Assembly (NCBI GenBank): GCA_050084515.1
Contig: CM114271.1
Location: forward strand, 49,352,001-49,416,000
Direction: 5' to 3'
Source: Blasia pusilla
Lineage: Eukaryota
Length of the DNA stretch: 64,000 bases
Shown here: positions 12,109-26,420 of the stretch, piece after piece
Position numbering within the stretch: the first letter of the stretch is position 1
Layout: each line of letters opens with the position of its first letter
Translations under genes and position numbers: made by a program
Notes under the pieces: model-generated
Told to the model about the DNA's origin: nothing
The model's database searches: none
What the model saw: only the letters and a program-made list of their open reading frames with translations

Positions 12109-14235
12109 TCTTTATTTAAGAGTATCACAATGGTAAGTTAATGATATCACTTGTAAGGTGATATGCAAGTAGATGGTGTCTTTGGTATGACTATCGCACG
12201 AATGTGAAAAACACCAAGCTTTAGAGTTGCACAAAAATCACAAAACTAGAAAGTTACGAACCATATGTGGCAATTGTGTGGCTATTACATTCACACAATT
12301 TCAAATTTCAATGGTTTGAGATTGTGTCGAGATTGGATTTAGAGAGCCAAATTTGCACCTTTTATACTATCCCACTCCCTTAAGTAAACCATCCGAAGCC
12401 TTCTAGAATTAAATCATTTCCCCACTCCCCAAATTAACCATTACTTTAATAATTTAATTTCCACTTAGCTAATACTAATTGTAAAAGAGGAGACTCAAGA
12501 TTAGGAACTCCAAAATATAAGCTTAAGGTAGAGCATTTCATGAGAAAATTTGCAAAAAAATTCAAGTGTTTCTATCTTATTGTTTAGTAATAAGCAATAT
12601 TAACTACAATAATATGGAAAAGGAACGTTTAAAAAATTCTTTCATCTTTAAAAATTATTCTTACAGTTTAAATTTTGAAAAATATAAAAAATTAATGATG
12701 GCATGTTCAAAGTAAAATTTAAATTTTACATAGAAATTTATCTAAATTTTATGAAACCTTGTTAAATATTGAATAGTATTTTCTTAATATCCTAATTTTC
12801 ACTTTGCAAATTATTTCCTTGCCTAGATTAATTTTCATCTATTAGGGATTATACTCTAATATAAAGATTCGTTCTTCCATACCTTGAATGGTAAAAGAAA
12901 GGAAAGGGTAGGAATTTAGATTCATTACAAATGATGTGACCAGATTTCAAAAATCTACACTCTAATTTGAGGAGTGTTTCTAACAAGAGGATATCTCTAG
13001 AGTATGACACGTGGCATCCTCAGCTCGGCACGTATATATTTCAAGATGTATATGGACAAGAGCATGCAGCACACAATCCCTCACAAGTACTAACTAGTAT
13101 ATTTAAAAAAAAATTATGGGGAAAAAAATAGAGGAAGGAATAGACAAATATTCAAATCTTATCATTACACGTTACAATTTTCAAAATCACATCATTTGTC
13201 AAGTAAACGTGGCATTTTCTTGAGTGACAAAAGTAAAGGACTTTGTGTCAGGGGAAAAATTGTCTCAATTTTGTAGCAAAAGGTTTATTTTTTATATTAA
13301 CTAAAATTTTGCAAAATGAAGTTGTGTGCTTTTAAATTCTTTCTTTTTTGAAAGAAGAGTGGGGATCCTATTTAGAATAGTTATGAAGAATTGGTACAAT
13401 ACAAGGAGAATTCTATTATCATAAAATCATCCAAACATAATGATTATAATCAGTATAATTCTTCATATTTTTAAATTATTAAAACCTATTTCACCAAAAT
13501 AAATATTTTATTAGAGTATATTTCCAAAAATTCAAGATTTTCCAATTTTCATCCCATTTTTATTCCAAGAAACTAGCAATCACAGCTCAAAAAGAATAGA
13601 TTCACTCTATTTCCCCATTTGGAATAAGAAGGGTAAGAAAATGTTATGGAACCTTTTAAAAAAAAATTCCATGGTAATATAAAGATAAGCTAGCTAAATG
13701 TAGAACTAATTGATGCCTGCATTGTGCATACCCAAGAGTTCTAATGTCTTCGTAATTGCCAAAATTTGTGTTATGATCGTTAAGTTCATAGTTCATTCCC
13801 CAAGAAGACCACATTTCTCTTGTGAATTAAGAATCTCTCCAAAAAATTATAAATAAGTTAGATAAGGTACCATCTCAATTCCCATATTTTTCAAGAATTT
13901 GACCTACACTAGATCTCCAAGCCTGATAGTATTAGTTCCTCCCTTAGCCAATACCTTCTTAAGTGGAAATGGAAAGTATTGCCATCCTTTATGAATTCTT
14001 ATTTAGCTAAGAGAATCAAAGAATGATTAGACAATAACTAGAAAGATTTTCCTAATTTCAAAATTTAATGCGGCCGTCTTCGCCGGTTACTCTTTGTTTG
14101 ATAGATTTCAAACACCCTCGTTACTTTGCTCTCTCGCTCTCTACAAAATTCACATTTGGAAAATTTAATGCATCTTGAAAACCCAATGTGATAAAGATTG
14201 ACATCTCTGCACATCAAGATATGAAATTGCATACG

Positions 14236-14373
14236 TGTTGTGCACATGCACATCGCTACACAACCCACATCGCTGGTCACATCTACATACCACACAACAC
14301 CAATCTCCCCCAACATACGGGTAGATCCACACATAAATGAAACATACTCATGCATATATATTGGGACCCCAAA
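14236..14373. repeat. Direct repeat B, copy 2 (~137 bp)
   Basis: Aligns with 14997-15133 (ACCCACATCGCTGGTCACATCTACATACCACACAACACC..CATACGGGTAGATCCACACA). Confidence 0.93.
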
Positions 14374-14375
14374 AC

Positions 14376-14994
<619 letters not shown>

Positions 14995-14996
14995 AT

Positions 14997-15133
14997 TGTC
15001 GTGCGCATACACATCATTACATAACCCACATCGCTGGTCACATCTACATACCACACAACACCGATCTCTCCCAACATACGGGTAGATCCACACAAAATGA
15101 AAGATACTCATGCATATACACTGGGATCCTACA
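14997..15133. repeat. Direct repeat B, copy 1 (TG...CA bounded, follows PPT on minus strand)
   Basis: Runs TGTCG...CTACA and is adjacent to the purine tract at 15135-15144. Confidence 0.9.
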
Positions 15134-18100
15134 ACTGCCCCCCTAGCTGTCAGTTGGGTCCCCCTAACTCTAGATAGCACACACATATGTACCCAACATG
15201 ATCTACTATCCTATGCACATCTAGCACCATCGGTGCCATCGTCCCCGCAACACTGCCACACTACAGCAACCCGTCGTGTTGATCCCTCCGAAGAGATATG
15301 ACACTCTCGTATCCTGCTCCAACCATAGGCACGGCTCCACGCCTGCCTCACAAGCTTGTCTCCACTCCATGCATTTCAACGCTCGTCCCCAACAACAATA
15401 AAGCAACTTTGTACCATGGGAAGAGACATCCACCTTGGCATGTCTCTCCATGGGACTATCCGCTATAGGAATATCCTCCACATGTGTGATCCTCACCCCA
15501 AACCCTCCTGATCAACTAACACCATCTGTGAATTTTTCCAACGTGGTCACCGTACCCTCATTTGGTCGACCATCACTACTCCATGCAAACAACATCGGTA
15601 GATGGCTCACCCATCCATCACCTGATCGCCACCCTAGCCGATAAGAAACCGTCTCCTCCCAAAAATCCAGAATGAAACCAAAGGAATACAACACCGTACT
15701 CCCTACCAACATATCATACGACTCTACACGTGTCGTAATCGCCCAAGTGCACACCATCGCACTCTCCCACTCATGTTCTAGTTGGATTCTAACCACCAAC
15801 TCTTGTCGAGTCATGTAGTGCGTGGGTGATACACCCCCAATAGAGGTCTATATCTAAAAGGGACAACGCTCAATGTCGCCTTTCTGTAAATCCAACGCCA
15901 AACACGATGCCTTCCCTAGCATCAACGGTTGCACTCCCAAATCAAGTAGGACACGCTGCGGGTGGTACACTGTACTTGTGGGACTTACCAAGCAAAAAAC
16001 TCATGCTTGGTTATCTAACAACACCACACCTGGTGTGATCATGGCTAGCTCTATCGCAGGCCTAGCTGGCATATCCACCAACTTTGTTGCCGCTGCATGC
16101 CATGACTCAGTGGAGGACACCCCAAGCACTTGCTCCGAGGGCAAGTCCACCATCTCCTCAACTACCTTTGAATGAGAGGCAGTCACCTCTCCATGCTCAC
16201 AAAACATGGCGGCCAGCCGAAACACGTGTACAACTCCCACCGTCGCCAACTCCATGGCAGAAAACAACGGAGCGTGGCTCACCCTTGTGGCCACCTCCAA
16301 CAACATGGTTGACACTGGCTCCTCCTGATCTGGCATAAGAGTTGTCTCTCCAAATCCTCGTGACATCGATGCATCTGCCTCACCCGTGGGTACTACCGGT
16401 TGTCAAGGCACCATTGACGGTGTATGAAGCACCTCCGACAACGTGAACAATTTGGGAACCCTGGCTTGCCGCCTATTGGTTCCCTCTTATGGGTCAATCT
16501 CAACCCCACCTCTTGATGGCTCGGTTACTCTCGCAGCACCCCGAGTCACCACCACAGTAGGCTGATCTGCACTACACATAAATCCCATCCCCGTAGAATC
16601 CTCACTAGCATCGTGGTAAGATATGGAGGTTGGCACCACACTAGCTACACTCAGCTCCGTGCCTATCACTGGCTCCATCGTCATCATGGCAACAACCCTC
16701 TACTCCAACTGATGAGCATTGCATCGGGTGCACGTCCTCCATCTCTTGTGATTGGTGATGGAAGTCTACCACCACGATCATCCACTACTCGATCTCCACC
16801 AAATCTCTCGCCCCCAAGTCCTCTACCTACCTCTAGGCATACCTCTCGGCAAAGATCGTAACACCTATCCCTAGTGTGACCATATCAGTGACAATGATCA
16901 TATTGCAACTATGGTGGGGCCATCCTCTATGGCTCCTGAGCAATCGGAGATGCCCGTGGCCCTCTCTCATGGTGTGGGCAGTCCCTCTCTCTATGTGAAC
17001 CACCACATGTCCAACAAGCCAACCCTGGTCCCTACTCGGAAATATATGTCGGTACGGGCGGTTTCCTCATCGGCTCACGATACCCGCCCTGCTCTCTGGG
17101 CCTAGCGGCCCACTCCCATGGTACTGGTGCATGTTAGAGCACATGTAGCTCTACTCCTACTAGTTGACCCGTCGTATCCCGTGAAAATCCCGTGGTCACC
17201 ACCTTCTCCTCACTCATGTTGAGCTCTACCCGCTCAGACAACTCGAAGACCACATTCAATGTGGGCTTTGCCATGTGAAGCAACATTGCATCCCGAACAC
17301 TCCTCCGTAGCTCCTTGTCCAGCACCCTGTACCAATACTATATTGACTACGCCTTAGTCACTCCATATGTGGCAACAATCAACCGTCGCATGCGTGTGAT
17401 CGCCTCCCTCAAACTCTCACCCGATCTCCGCTGAAAATAATGTAGACTCTTCAGCTTGTTAGTTCGCACGCCCTCGTAGCTCCTCCCCAGCTGCCGGAAG
17501 AACTCCACTGTAGGAATGAAACTCGGTGGTCCTCTACCACAAGAGGTCTTTTCCATCTCACCACTCTCACTACCATCCTCTCCATCTAGTCCCCGAGCTG
17601 ATGGTGTAGGTCTCTCCGCCCTCACTATCCCATCATACGCCTTGAGATCACTAGTGGACACATACCCTAGAGCCCAATACACCCTCCAAGTATCAATCTC
17701 TACAGAGTATAGAAATCAGAACTCCATGTAGTCATCCATCGGCGGACCCTCCAAGTGCTAGAACAACCCCTTCCATGCCATAAAAGGGTTGAACCACGTA
17801 GGGGTCCGTATCTCCTGGATGTTGCACATACGTGCCAAACTCCTAGATGAAATCGTCAAGATCTATGGTGCCTACCGCACCCGAGAAATGACGCACGCCT
17901 CGGTGGCCCATGTCGTCCATCTCTCTCCACGTATCATCGTCCCTATCTGAGATTTCGTCACCAGACCCGCTAGTGAGTTTCATTCCTACAGTGGAGTTCT
18001 TCCGGCAGCTGGGGAGGTATTTTGAATAGACATGGTGTTTTGAAACCCCTCGATACCCCGTTCTTCCGAACCCTGGAAGAACACCGTGATGATAACCTTT

Positions 18101-18949
18101 CTCACCCGCTCAAGCACTCAGACTCACCAAAAATCTCCCACACTCCTCACTAGCTCACCTACACTAATAGTAATCCAGTGACAACACACCCGACCTCACG
18201 CGCACTCAACACTCGATCTCACCATGAGCCTCCTAACTAACTCACCTAAACTACCGACACTCTCAAGTCATAGATATGACTCCCACTCGGCAACCGCCGT
18301 ATATCCATAGACATGCTACGCATGCATGGAGACTACACTCGTCACCATCGCCACACCCATCTAACACCATTAGCTACCCAATACCCAATACTCTCAATCA
18401 CACAAGATAAGTGCGGGAAAAGGCTAGGGACTTGAATGGGTAACCTGATCATGCCCTCCAATCTACGGCACCATCAACACTCACTCCTCCATGTGGTGCG
18501 GCAACCTCCGCAACACGACATTCTCTTCGACCAACACGTCGAGCCTCCCATCAACATCGGCGTGTGTGTCTCTAGCACAACCCTCACATCCACACTCGAT
18601 GAAGAACTACTGCTTCGACCCCCAATCGACTCATAATAACTGCCAAACTCCTCTCGCGAATCCACCATGCTCGCAAAACACCAAGTCTCAACAATGCTCT
18701 CCCTCTACGTAACTCACCTCAACCACGTCTGACCCCAACCATGTCTATCGTCTACCACGTTGCTCGAGCCTCTACCATGTTGTCTGTGCCTCTACCACAT
18801 CCATTCGGCGTACCATGTGTGCCCTACCTACTACGTCCTCCTGTCATACCATGTGCGACTTTCCTACCATGTCGGGAAGGCGCCAACCATGGCACTCCCA
18901 ACCACGTGGAGGGGGGGGAAGGGTCTTGACGCGACCCTCCTTAAATGCC

Positions 18950-19090
18950 GGGAGAGGCCGTAGTCCGCGGTGCCTCCCTAACTTTTGGCGCATGCTGCAA
19001 CCCTAAACCCTACGGCCGCCCCCCGCAGTGCAGAGAGCGGACGTAGTCCCTATGCGTGCCTCCCTAACTTTTGGCATAGGCTGCAACCAT
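18950..19090. repeat. ~85-bp period tandem duplication with a telomere-like AACCCTAAACCCTA between the copies
   Basis: CGTAGTCC..GTGCCTCCCTAACTTTTGGC..GCTGCAACC occurs twice. Confidence 0.8.
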
Positions 19091-19891
19091 CTACTCCCGG
19101 CTGCAACTCCTGCGATCAGCTTTCGATTGCGTCCGACCCTGACTTCGTATGCACAATTCCATCCATGTCGACTTGCACAGCCACGTCCTTTCACCCCAAC
19201 ATCTTCCTTCCTTCCTTCTGCCTTATCCAACACGCGCCCCTATGCATGGGTGTCACTACGACCGTGTCACCCATGCCTACATGTGGCATCTCCTTATGCG
19301 CCACTTCACGCATCTATCTATGTTTGATCGCACAACCCTATGCTTCTCCGAACTCAATAGCCCCGCCTCTCGACTTGGCATGTGCACGGTGCCCTATACA
19401 CCTCCTAGCTTCCTATCTCCGCGGCAGCCTTGGCCGCCACATGGCAAACTCTCATTACTCGTCAGCTTTGCGGACTACTCTAGAGTTGATTCGCGCCTCC
19501 TCAAAACCAACATACCCTAACCCTATAACCTGATCTTTTAACAACCTAACGACTACTTTGTGACCTAAACGACTACGGCTCTGACTTAGCCGCCTTCACT
19601 TAATATCCCCCCACGGCTGCAAGACTGGACATATTATATCTTCCCGAATATTCTCATTACTCACTTGTGACCGTCCGTAGCCACACCAAGCGCCACACTC
19701 AACTGTTGTCACCCGTCAACCCACACCAACAAAATCTGAGCAAAATGAAAAGGGCTTCCGCGTAGAACCTTTAGAACAGAAAAAAAATACACAAAATGCC
19801 ACACATGCATCTCCAGTGGCTCCCCATCGAGGCAACTCGCTTGCCTACCTACAACCAATGAATTCCCTGCCCCCTCACATCTTTCTCATGT

Positions 19892-20376
19892 AAAATCAAG
19901 AGTAATAAAAACGGCTCACCCAGCCTAAAACTCCACTCATGAATCTACATCAGCATATCAAACCACATCCACCCTCCGCTATGAGGGAATCTAGACGCTA
20001 GCACCCTAACTCCTACACACCCACCCACATCTATGCAAGAGAGGCGCTCCTAAGGCTCAACATGAGAAAGATGCCTTGGGAAGTCATCTTCCTCACTCTT
20101 ATACCCTTGGGAAGAGCCAAAAGGCTCTTCCCCCAAAAATAGCCCTACCAACGGTAACCTACGAGCACAGGTTACCGGGTGACCATTGACTTGGTCAACG
20201 CGTCACTTGACAGACTAAAACCAAAATAGGAAAATCACCATAAACGACTTTCTTGACACAACAAACATGTTGCCAACCTCATCCGACATCTTGGGACGAA
20301 GTTACCCGAATAACCCGTTGACTCTCTATGTCGTCGACGCGATAGAACTCTACCTACATCAAAATAAGATGTGACA
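19892..20376. repeat. Direct repeat A, copy 1 (LTR-like)
   Basis: Aligns with 14376-14994. Begins TGTCACA on the minus strand. Confidence 0.93.
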
Positions 20377-20982
20377 TATGTTACTACGTCCATCAAAGAT
20401 CTATGGGGACCTTAAAAGATTACAATGCTCAAGAAGCTACTTCCTCTTAAGCCTAGACCATTCTGAAAACATATTGATGTTCTCCAAAAATGATGTCTTT
20501 CTTGTTCTAGTCTCTTCTTAAATAGGAAAAAGCTAAGGCCTTATAACAAATATGGAATGTCCTTTTTTCATGTCTATTCAAGGTTTTATCTTGGCCTAAG
20601 GTTGATCCCACCAAAATTGCGTGTTCTTTCCTAATGTTGCACCTCCCGGAAGCACCTTTCCCAAGTGTCGTGTCCTTTAGTGGACTTTATCCGATCTTCC
20701 TTGATTTTATAGTCTTCGTTAGGGAAGTCTTCAATCTCTGTGACTTTTTAGTAAGTACTTCATACTTGTGTCACATAGTCTTCATTGCTCAATTTTTGCC
20801 ACAAAGTACTTTGTAGCAAAGAACTTTGTTTATATTTTGCGCATACTATTCGCTGTCACTCATCAAACACATAAACCCTAGACTAACTCAATCATCCACC
20901 AAACACAACCACAAAGGAAAATTGTAATCAAAATATCTCCAATAAAATAAATGAAAATCTCACAACACACAAAGAGATCCTT

Positions 20983-20984
<2 letters not shown>

Positions 20985-21053
<69 letters not shown>
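20985..21053. repeat. (CT)n microsatellite
   Basis: Perfect dinucleotide run. Confidence 0.99.
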
Positions 21054-21057
<4 letters not shown>

Positions 21058-21296
21058 AAACTTATTCTCATGGTGAGAGGATGGGATTACTCATAAGGAA
21101 AGGACCATTATAGCCTCGTTGCCTCATGCTGAAGAGGTTCAACAAGGAGAGACCGATCCATCTATCTCTATATACTCGTGACATACACCTATATGATGCT
21201 AAGAGCAAGAAGGTCGGGTGCCCATGTGGCCCCATCATTAATCGGCCTCCCGTTATCCATGTCATTTAAGCAAGTCTAAATATCTAATTATAAAGC

Positions 21297-23960
21297 TTAT
21301 GTACATCTAGGGCACATTCATCGTCCCTGAGGAACTAGAATGAAAGGTGGTGTCAAACATGCCTTATGCCACCCTCTTGAACAACCATCACAAACTAGTA
21401 ATGTGGTTGCACCCCTAGCATTCCATACGACATAAATGGCAAACCTACAAATACCATTGTCAAGCTTAAGCTTGGATTAACTATACTATCAATATTAGGA
21501 AGGTGATATGGAAGACAATTATGCACGTAGTCCTTCCAAATCATACCATTATGTTCCTCTAATAGAACAACTTGAGATGGAAAAACCTCACGCATTCTCA
21601 AAATGGTGTGTCATGTTATCACATCCAAAGTTTTCAATGTTGTTTGCTAGGTAGAAAAAGTCTCTTTGATGGAATAGAACCTCTATATAAATCGTTGGTC
21701 AATGGCCTCCTCCCCAAATAGTTGTATACCTCAACATATCTCGATGTTTTTTAATCGCTAAATTCTCAAACATCATGGGCATGACTCTCCAAAATGTCTT
21801 CGCCCTTCTCGTAACCTCACGGTCATCAAGGTTTAGCACCTAACTAGCATCACGACAAAGGGCATGCACTAGGAAAATTTGGCTCTCGTCCATATAGCAA
21901 GAAGTAAGATGAAAAGGATGGCAAGGATGTTTGCCTACTAAACATGTACCTAATTGCCAACAACGACAATTATAGATCCTTATCTCCTAAGTGATCTATC
22001 TTCAAGCCATACTTACTCAATCCCCTAGGCCTCTTCGCCGTCTAGAGTGTAGACAATATGCTCGGCCGGACCATTTTAATTTCCTCTCGATGATCTGGAG
22101 ACATTGTGTGATAGTGGATCAGTGCCGCATCACACAAAGCTTGAAATTCCCCGTGAAACTCGATGCCCTAGTCTGCCAACACTTCTGTTGGTATGCCGTA
22201 TTGATTCAGCACTCAATCAAGGAAAGTTTGTGCCACTCTCTTACTCGCATGGTGGGGAATGCAACCCACTCCATCCACTTTGAGAAATGGTCGACCATCA
22301 CCTACACAAATCTCTTGTAGCGCTTAATCAATGGATCATATAATCCAAACTCCATTGATAGCCTAAACCCATGATTGATAGTTACTATGCAAATACACAT
22401 CGCTGCCAATATACATCAGATGTCATGCACATAAGTCTAAGATCCCTCTACATATGAATCCTAACATATTTATACATGAATGGCTCGACAACCCCAATCG
22501 GCCCTATAGTTGGTGGTTAGTTCCCGAGTCTAAATACTATGCAAATTTTTGGCATTAAGATCATGAGATTGGGTGCTATATTGCCCATTGTTAGTCACCT
22601 TTCTTCAATCCAAAACATCAACAATTATCTTGTAATGTACCTATCACACCCATATGTATCTGGGACAAAGCCAACATGATTGAGGAACAAAGTCAAGAGG
22701 CTAAGTCAAGCACGATATATGTCATCCTTGAGAACATCCATCATAGATCAGCATAGTAGTTGCTCCTCTAGCACACCCACACAACATATATACATCTCAA
22801 GCCTACAAGAATAACTTCCGAGCTTGGATCAATAATCCCATCCACGTTTGGAAGATGATATGGCACACAGTTAGGCACATGATCTTTCCAAACAGTACTA
22901 TCACAACCCTAAAAAAATAGGACTCTTGAACAATGCGTGCCAACCGAACACCATCTCTCCAGCATTTTCACTGCTCTGGTTCGTGCATGGGTTACAACTT
23001 AACCCATCCGCATCCTAGTTCACATGTCTTGGGCAATGGACAAGCTGAAAATTGTACTCCTACAATAAGAGTGCCAATTTGGCAAGCTTCCCTATAAGCT
23101 TGTGAGTGGCCAATGATTAGTGATGAGCATGAAAGGATTCCCAAAAATAACATTTGAAATGGGCCATTGCCCATACAACAACTAAGCACTCCCCGTATAG
23201 GAATTGGACTTTTCAAACGCATCATTGTTCAAACAGCTTGTATATGCTACTACAAACTCCTTCCCTGCATCATCTCGTTGAGTGAGAAATGCTCTTAATC
23301 CCAATATACTCCAGTCCATGTATAACTAGAACGGAAGAGCACGCATAGCTATCCTCAAAATGGGTGAGGATGTGAACATGTCCTAAAGGTCCTAAAATGC
23401 TTGCTCCTGATCATCTCCCCAAAACCACTCTTGGTCAAGCCTAGTCAGCCAAGTTAGTGCCTTTGCAATTGCACTAAATTCTTTCATCTACCGTTGGTAG
23501 TAGTTTTCCAATGCCATGTAAGCTCAAACTCGACTCGTGTGTGTAGGGTCATGAATGCGCGTTATCGCCTCCACTTTCATCTATTGAACTCCAATACACT
23601 ATGGATAAATGGTGTGTCCTAGATACTAGATCTGATCATGAAAGAACCTCTTGGATGTAACTTCATCCCATGTAACTCCAATCGTCAAAACACCTCTTGT
23701 AGATGTCTCTCATAGTCTTCAACGGTGACATTGAAGATGATGATGACATTGATATAACATCTTATGAGATCCAAATCCGCCAGAATCCTATCCATAACTT
23801 GTTAAGAATCTACAAGGGCATTCTTCAACCCAAATGGTAAGAACGGCCATTGGTACAAACAATCGTTCCCTAAAGGACCTATATCCCAAAATACTACCTT
23901 CTCCTTGTCCTCTACCTGTATGGGCAATTGAAACTAGAAGAAATTAAGTCTATAGCCACT
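21297..23960 (-). mobile_element. Degenerate Ty3/gypsy pol (RT-RNase H-integrase) with C-terminal PHD finger (copy 3)
   Basis: RT DKEKVVFW..LYQWPFLPFGLKNA and RCYINVIIIF (YIDD decayed). RNase H DHQP/E-W-L region. Integrase DHFSKWMEWVAF and YGIPTEVLAD*GIEF. C-terminus LLVCDGCSRGWHKACLTPP..VPQGR*MCPRCT* at 21297-21400. Order RT-RH-INT is gypsy. Many stops. Confidence 0.9.
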
Positions 23961-25429
23961 AGATTTTAAGACTAGATTTAGTTCTACCGGATCAATAACA
24001 CTAGCTTATAACTAGAAAAAATTTAAGGACTCGTCATAAAGGATTTCTAGTGTAAAAATGACATGTTGGCATAATGTCTTATGTTGAGTTGGAAAACGAA
24101 TGATTGAAGAGAATCCTGGTCATTAATCCAATGAGTATGACATGGAATTTCACGATGCTTATGTGCCAGGATTTTTGTACAATTTTGACATGTAGACAAG
24201 GATGAGCAGTTGAAGTATACGTCTGACACATGGACGACTGCAATAGATGTAGTGTTAATAAATTTTCCCTGCCACATATCATTATTTGACACTAAATATA
24301 GTTATTCTAGTTATTAATTTATGTAGAATCCCTCGTAGGTGTTTTACTTGAAACTATTTGTAGATTTCCTAAACTAGTGGTTATTTTCTTCTCATCCCCT
24401 CCAATTGAATTGGTATGCATGTTTCAACTTGGAGTAGTAAAAAAGAGTCACCGATCTAATGAGTCTTTCGCTCATTTGTAGGAGGACAATATCTTTTTGT
24501 ATAATTATAACGAAGTATAGTCATTCTTTTTTAGCTAGTAATATTTTTATACATGATTAAAAATTAATAATAGTTCCATTAGGTTACCAAGATAATTTCT
24601 TATTGCATGTCATTTATCAAACACTACAACTCATGAAATCAAATAGACCATACAATTTTCATGAGTGAATTTCTTACATACAATCAATTGGATTAACCAA
24701 GTTATCTCCATGAATAAAGATTGGCACACTAATTATATCATGGGCAGTAGATCAAAGGGAAAAAATACATCCAACTTTATTCTAGAGAGGATCAAAAATA
24801 AAATGGAATGTTTTGGAAGATTTCCTCAACTAGAACAAGAAGTAGAGCCAGTATGGAAAAAAAAATTAGCCCCAACTAATATAATTAAGCAGGGAGTGAA
24901 ATTGCCTCCTCTTATTTCTCTGGCCATAAGACACTAGTGCCAATAGCATGCTTTAGAAGTGTATGGAGGGGGGATCATCTTTCGAGTTTGGAAATGGAAG
25001 CTCTGCATCCCCATCAATAATGGTCAAAACATCCACTTGGTCAAGTCCAAGTAGAATAATTCTTCCATGACAAGAATCCCTACCAACAATGCCTGATATG
25101 CGTCCACTGACTACATGTTGCCAATCCCTCCAACTCTTTGATAGAAAGAATGTATCTCCCGCTCAACTACAAAAGCCAAACCATGCAATAAATCAACCCA
25201 CAAGAAATTACGTGAAGCATACATGGCATGGGTAGATAAAGCATTTATTTATTTTCAATCTGAAAATTGTATCTTCATGAAACTCCAAACATGGCTTGGA
25301 ATGTTGGATGTATAGCTCACATGTTGCAATCAATTAAATCATCAATGCAAAAATTGAACCACAAGTTCTCACTAAGTTCACCTCCCGTGTATTCATAGTG
25401 GGCATCAACATCCCTACGCACCGCTTTCA

Positions 25430-26420
25430 AATATTTTTATGTTCATTTAGCAACATCCACGATGCTAATGTCCAAGTGTCGATGCACTCAGTTAATTGGA
25501 GAGTACTATATTCTTCAACAGTAGTTTGGTGAGAATAGATAATGGGATTATCATAGGCATATAAGGAGTGGACAAATAGAATGAGACTCACAAGTTGTCC
25601 TCCTACACAGCGTAACTCCTTAAATATGGCCACATGAGAAATTGAATTAAATGTGTTAGTCACATTGACTTGAATTACTACCCACTCTAAATGAATATCA
25701 AGAGTGGAATGGAAGATTCTCCCAATCTCCAAACATAAAGCACTGAATGTGTGTGAAGTTTTAAGGATGATCTGTCGCACCACCCCTTAGAGGGAGGACT
25801 AAAACCCATTGTGGGAAGAGTAATAAGAAATACCGAGCATTCATATTAGTAAGATCACACGCTTATCTTTCTAATGGGAAAAACAACATTTTTTGGGTGA
25901 TGGGATGAAGAGCAATAGGAATGCGAGTGTAGAGTCTCGCACGAGGGAGACCTAGATGGGAAGAGCGAAGGAATCAATTTGGCTTAACCAGGTCCAAGCA
26001 CTTGTTGTGGGGAGCGTAGTAGGAGGTGATATTGGGTTAGGGATTGAAGACCTATATATGAATCGATAATACCGCTGATATCTTTTGATCCCATTAGGAG
26101 CAAACTCCTTACCACAAGGTATGCAACAAACCTTTGGCACAAATGTAGGAGTAGAAGGGTTACAAGGAGAGGAGGTGGGAGATGCAGAGGTGGTGATGAA
26201 CTACGATGAGGGGATAAGTAGTGTGGGGAAGGAGGAGGAGGAGGAAGAGGAAGAGGGGAGATAAGGGTAGAAAAGATGGGATTTGGAAACAAAAAGACAT
26301 ATAAGATATGTGAGGGTGACAAAGTAGTAGGATTCGGTAATAATGGAATGAGATTAGGCTCCATAGGAAGAGACGAAGAGGGGAGAAGAGGAGAATATGG
26401 AAGAAATATAGCAAGCATAA
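25430..26420 (-). pseudogene. CRE-like (early-branching, RLE-type) non-LTR retrotransposon remnant: Zn finger and RT domain 2a-3 fragment
   Basis: STLDIHLEWVVIQVNVTNTFNSISHVAIFKELRCVGGQLVSLILFVHSLYAYDNPIIY resembles the CRE-type LQ.D..NAFNS.SR motif. Upstream CIPCGKEFAPNGIKR is a decayed C2H2-like finger, preceded by a Pro/Ser-rich tract. Confidence 0.6.

Noticed and set aside
18985-19533. Three overlapping 99-182 aa ORFs
   Set aside because: C-rich retroelement non-coding region with no domain; stop-poor composition explains the length.
24860-25200. Possible copia gag N-terminal remnant on the minus strand (VDVLTIIDGDAELP)
   Set aside because: Too short and degenerate to support.
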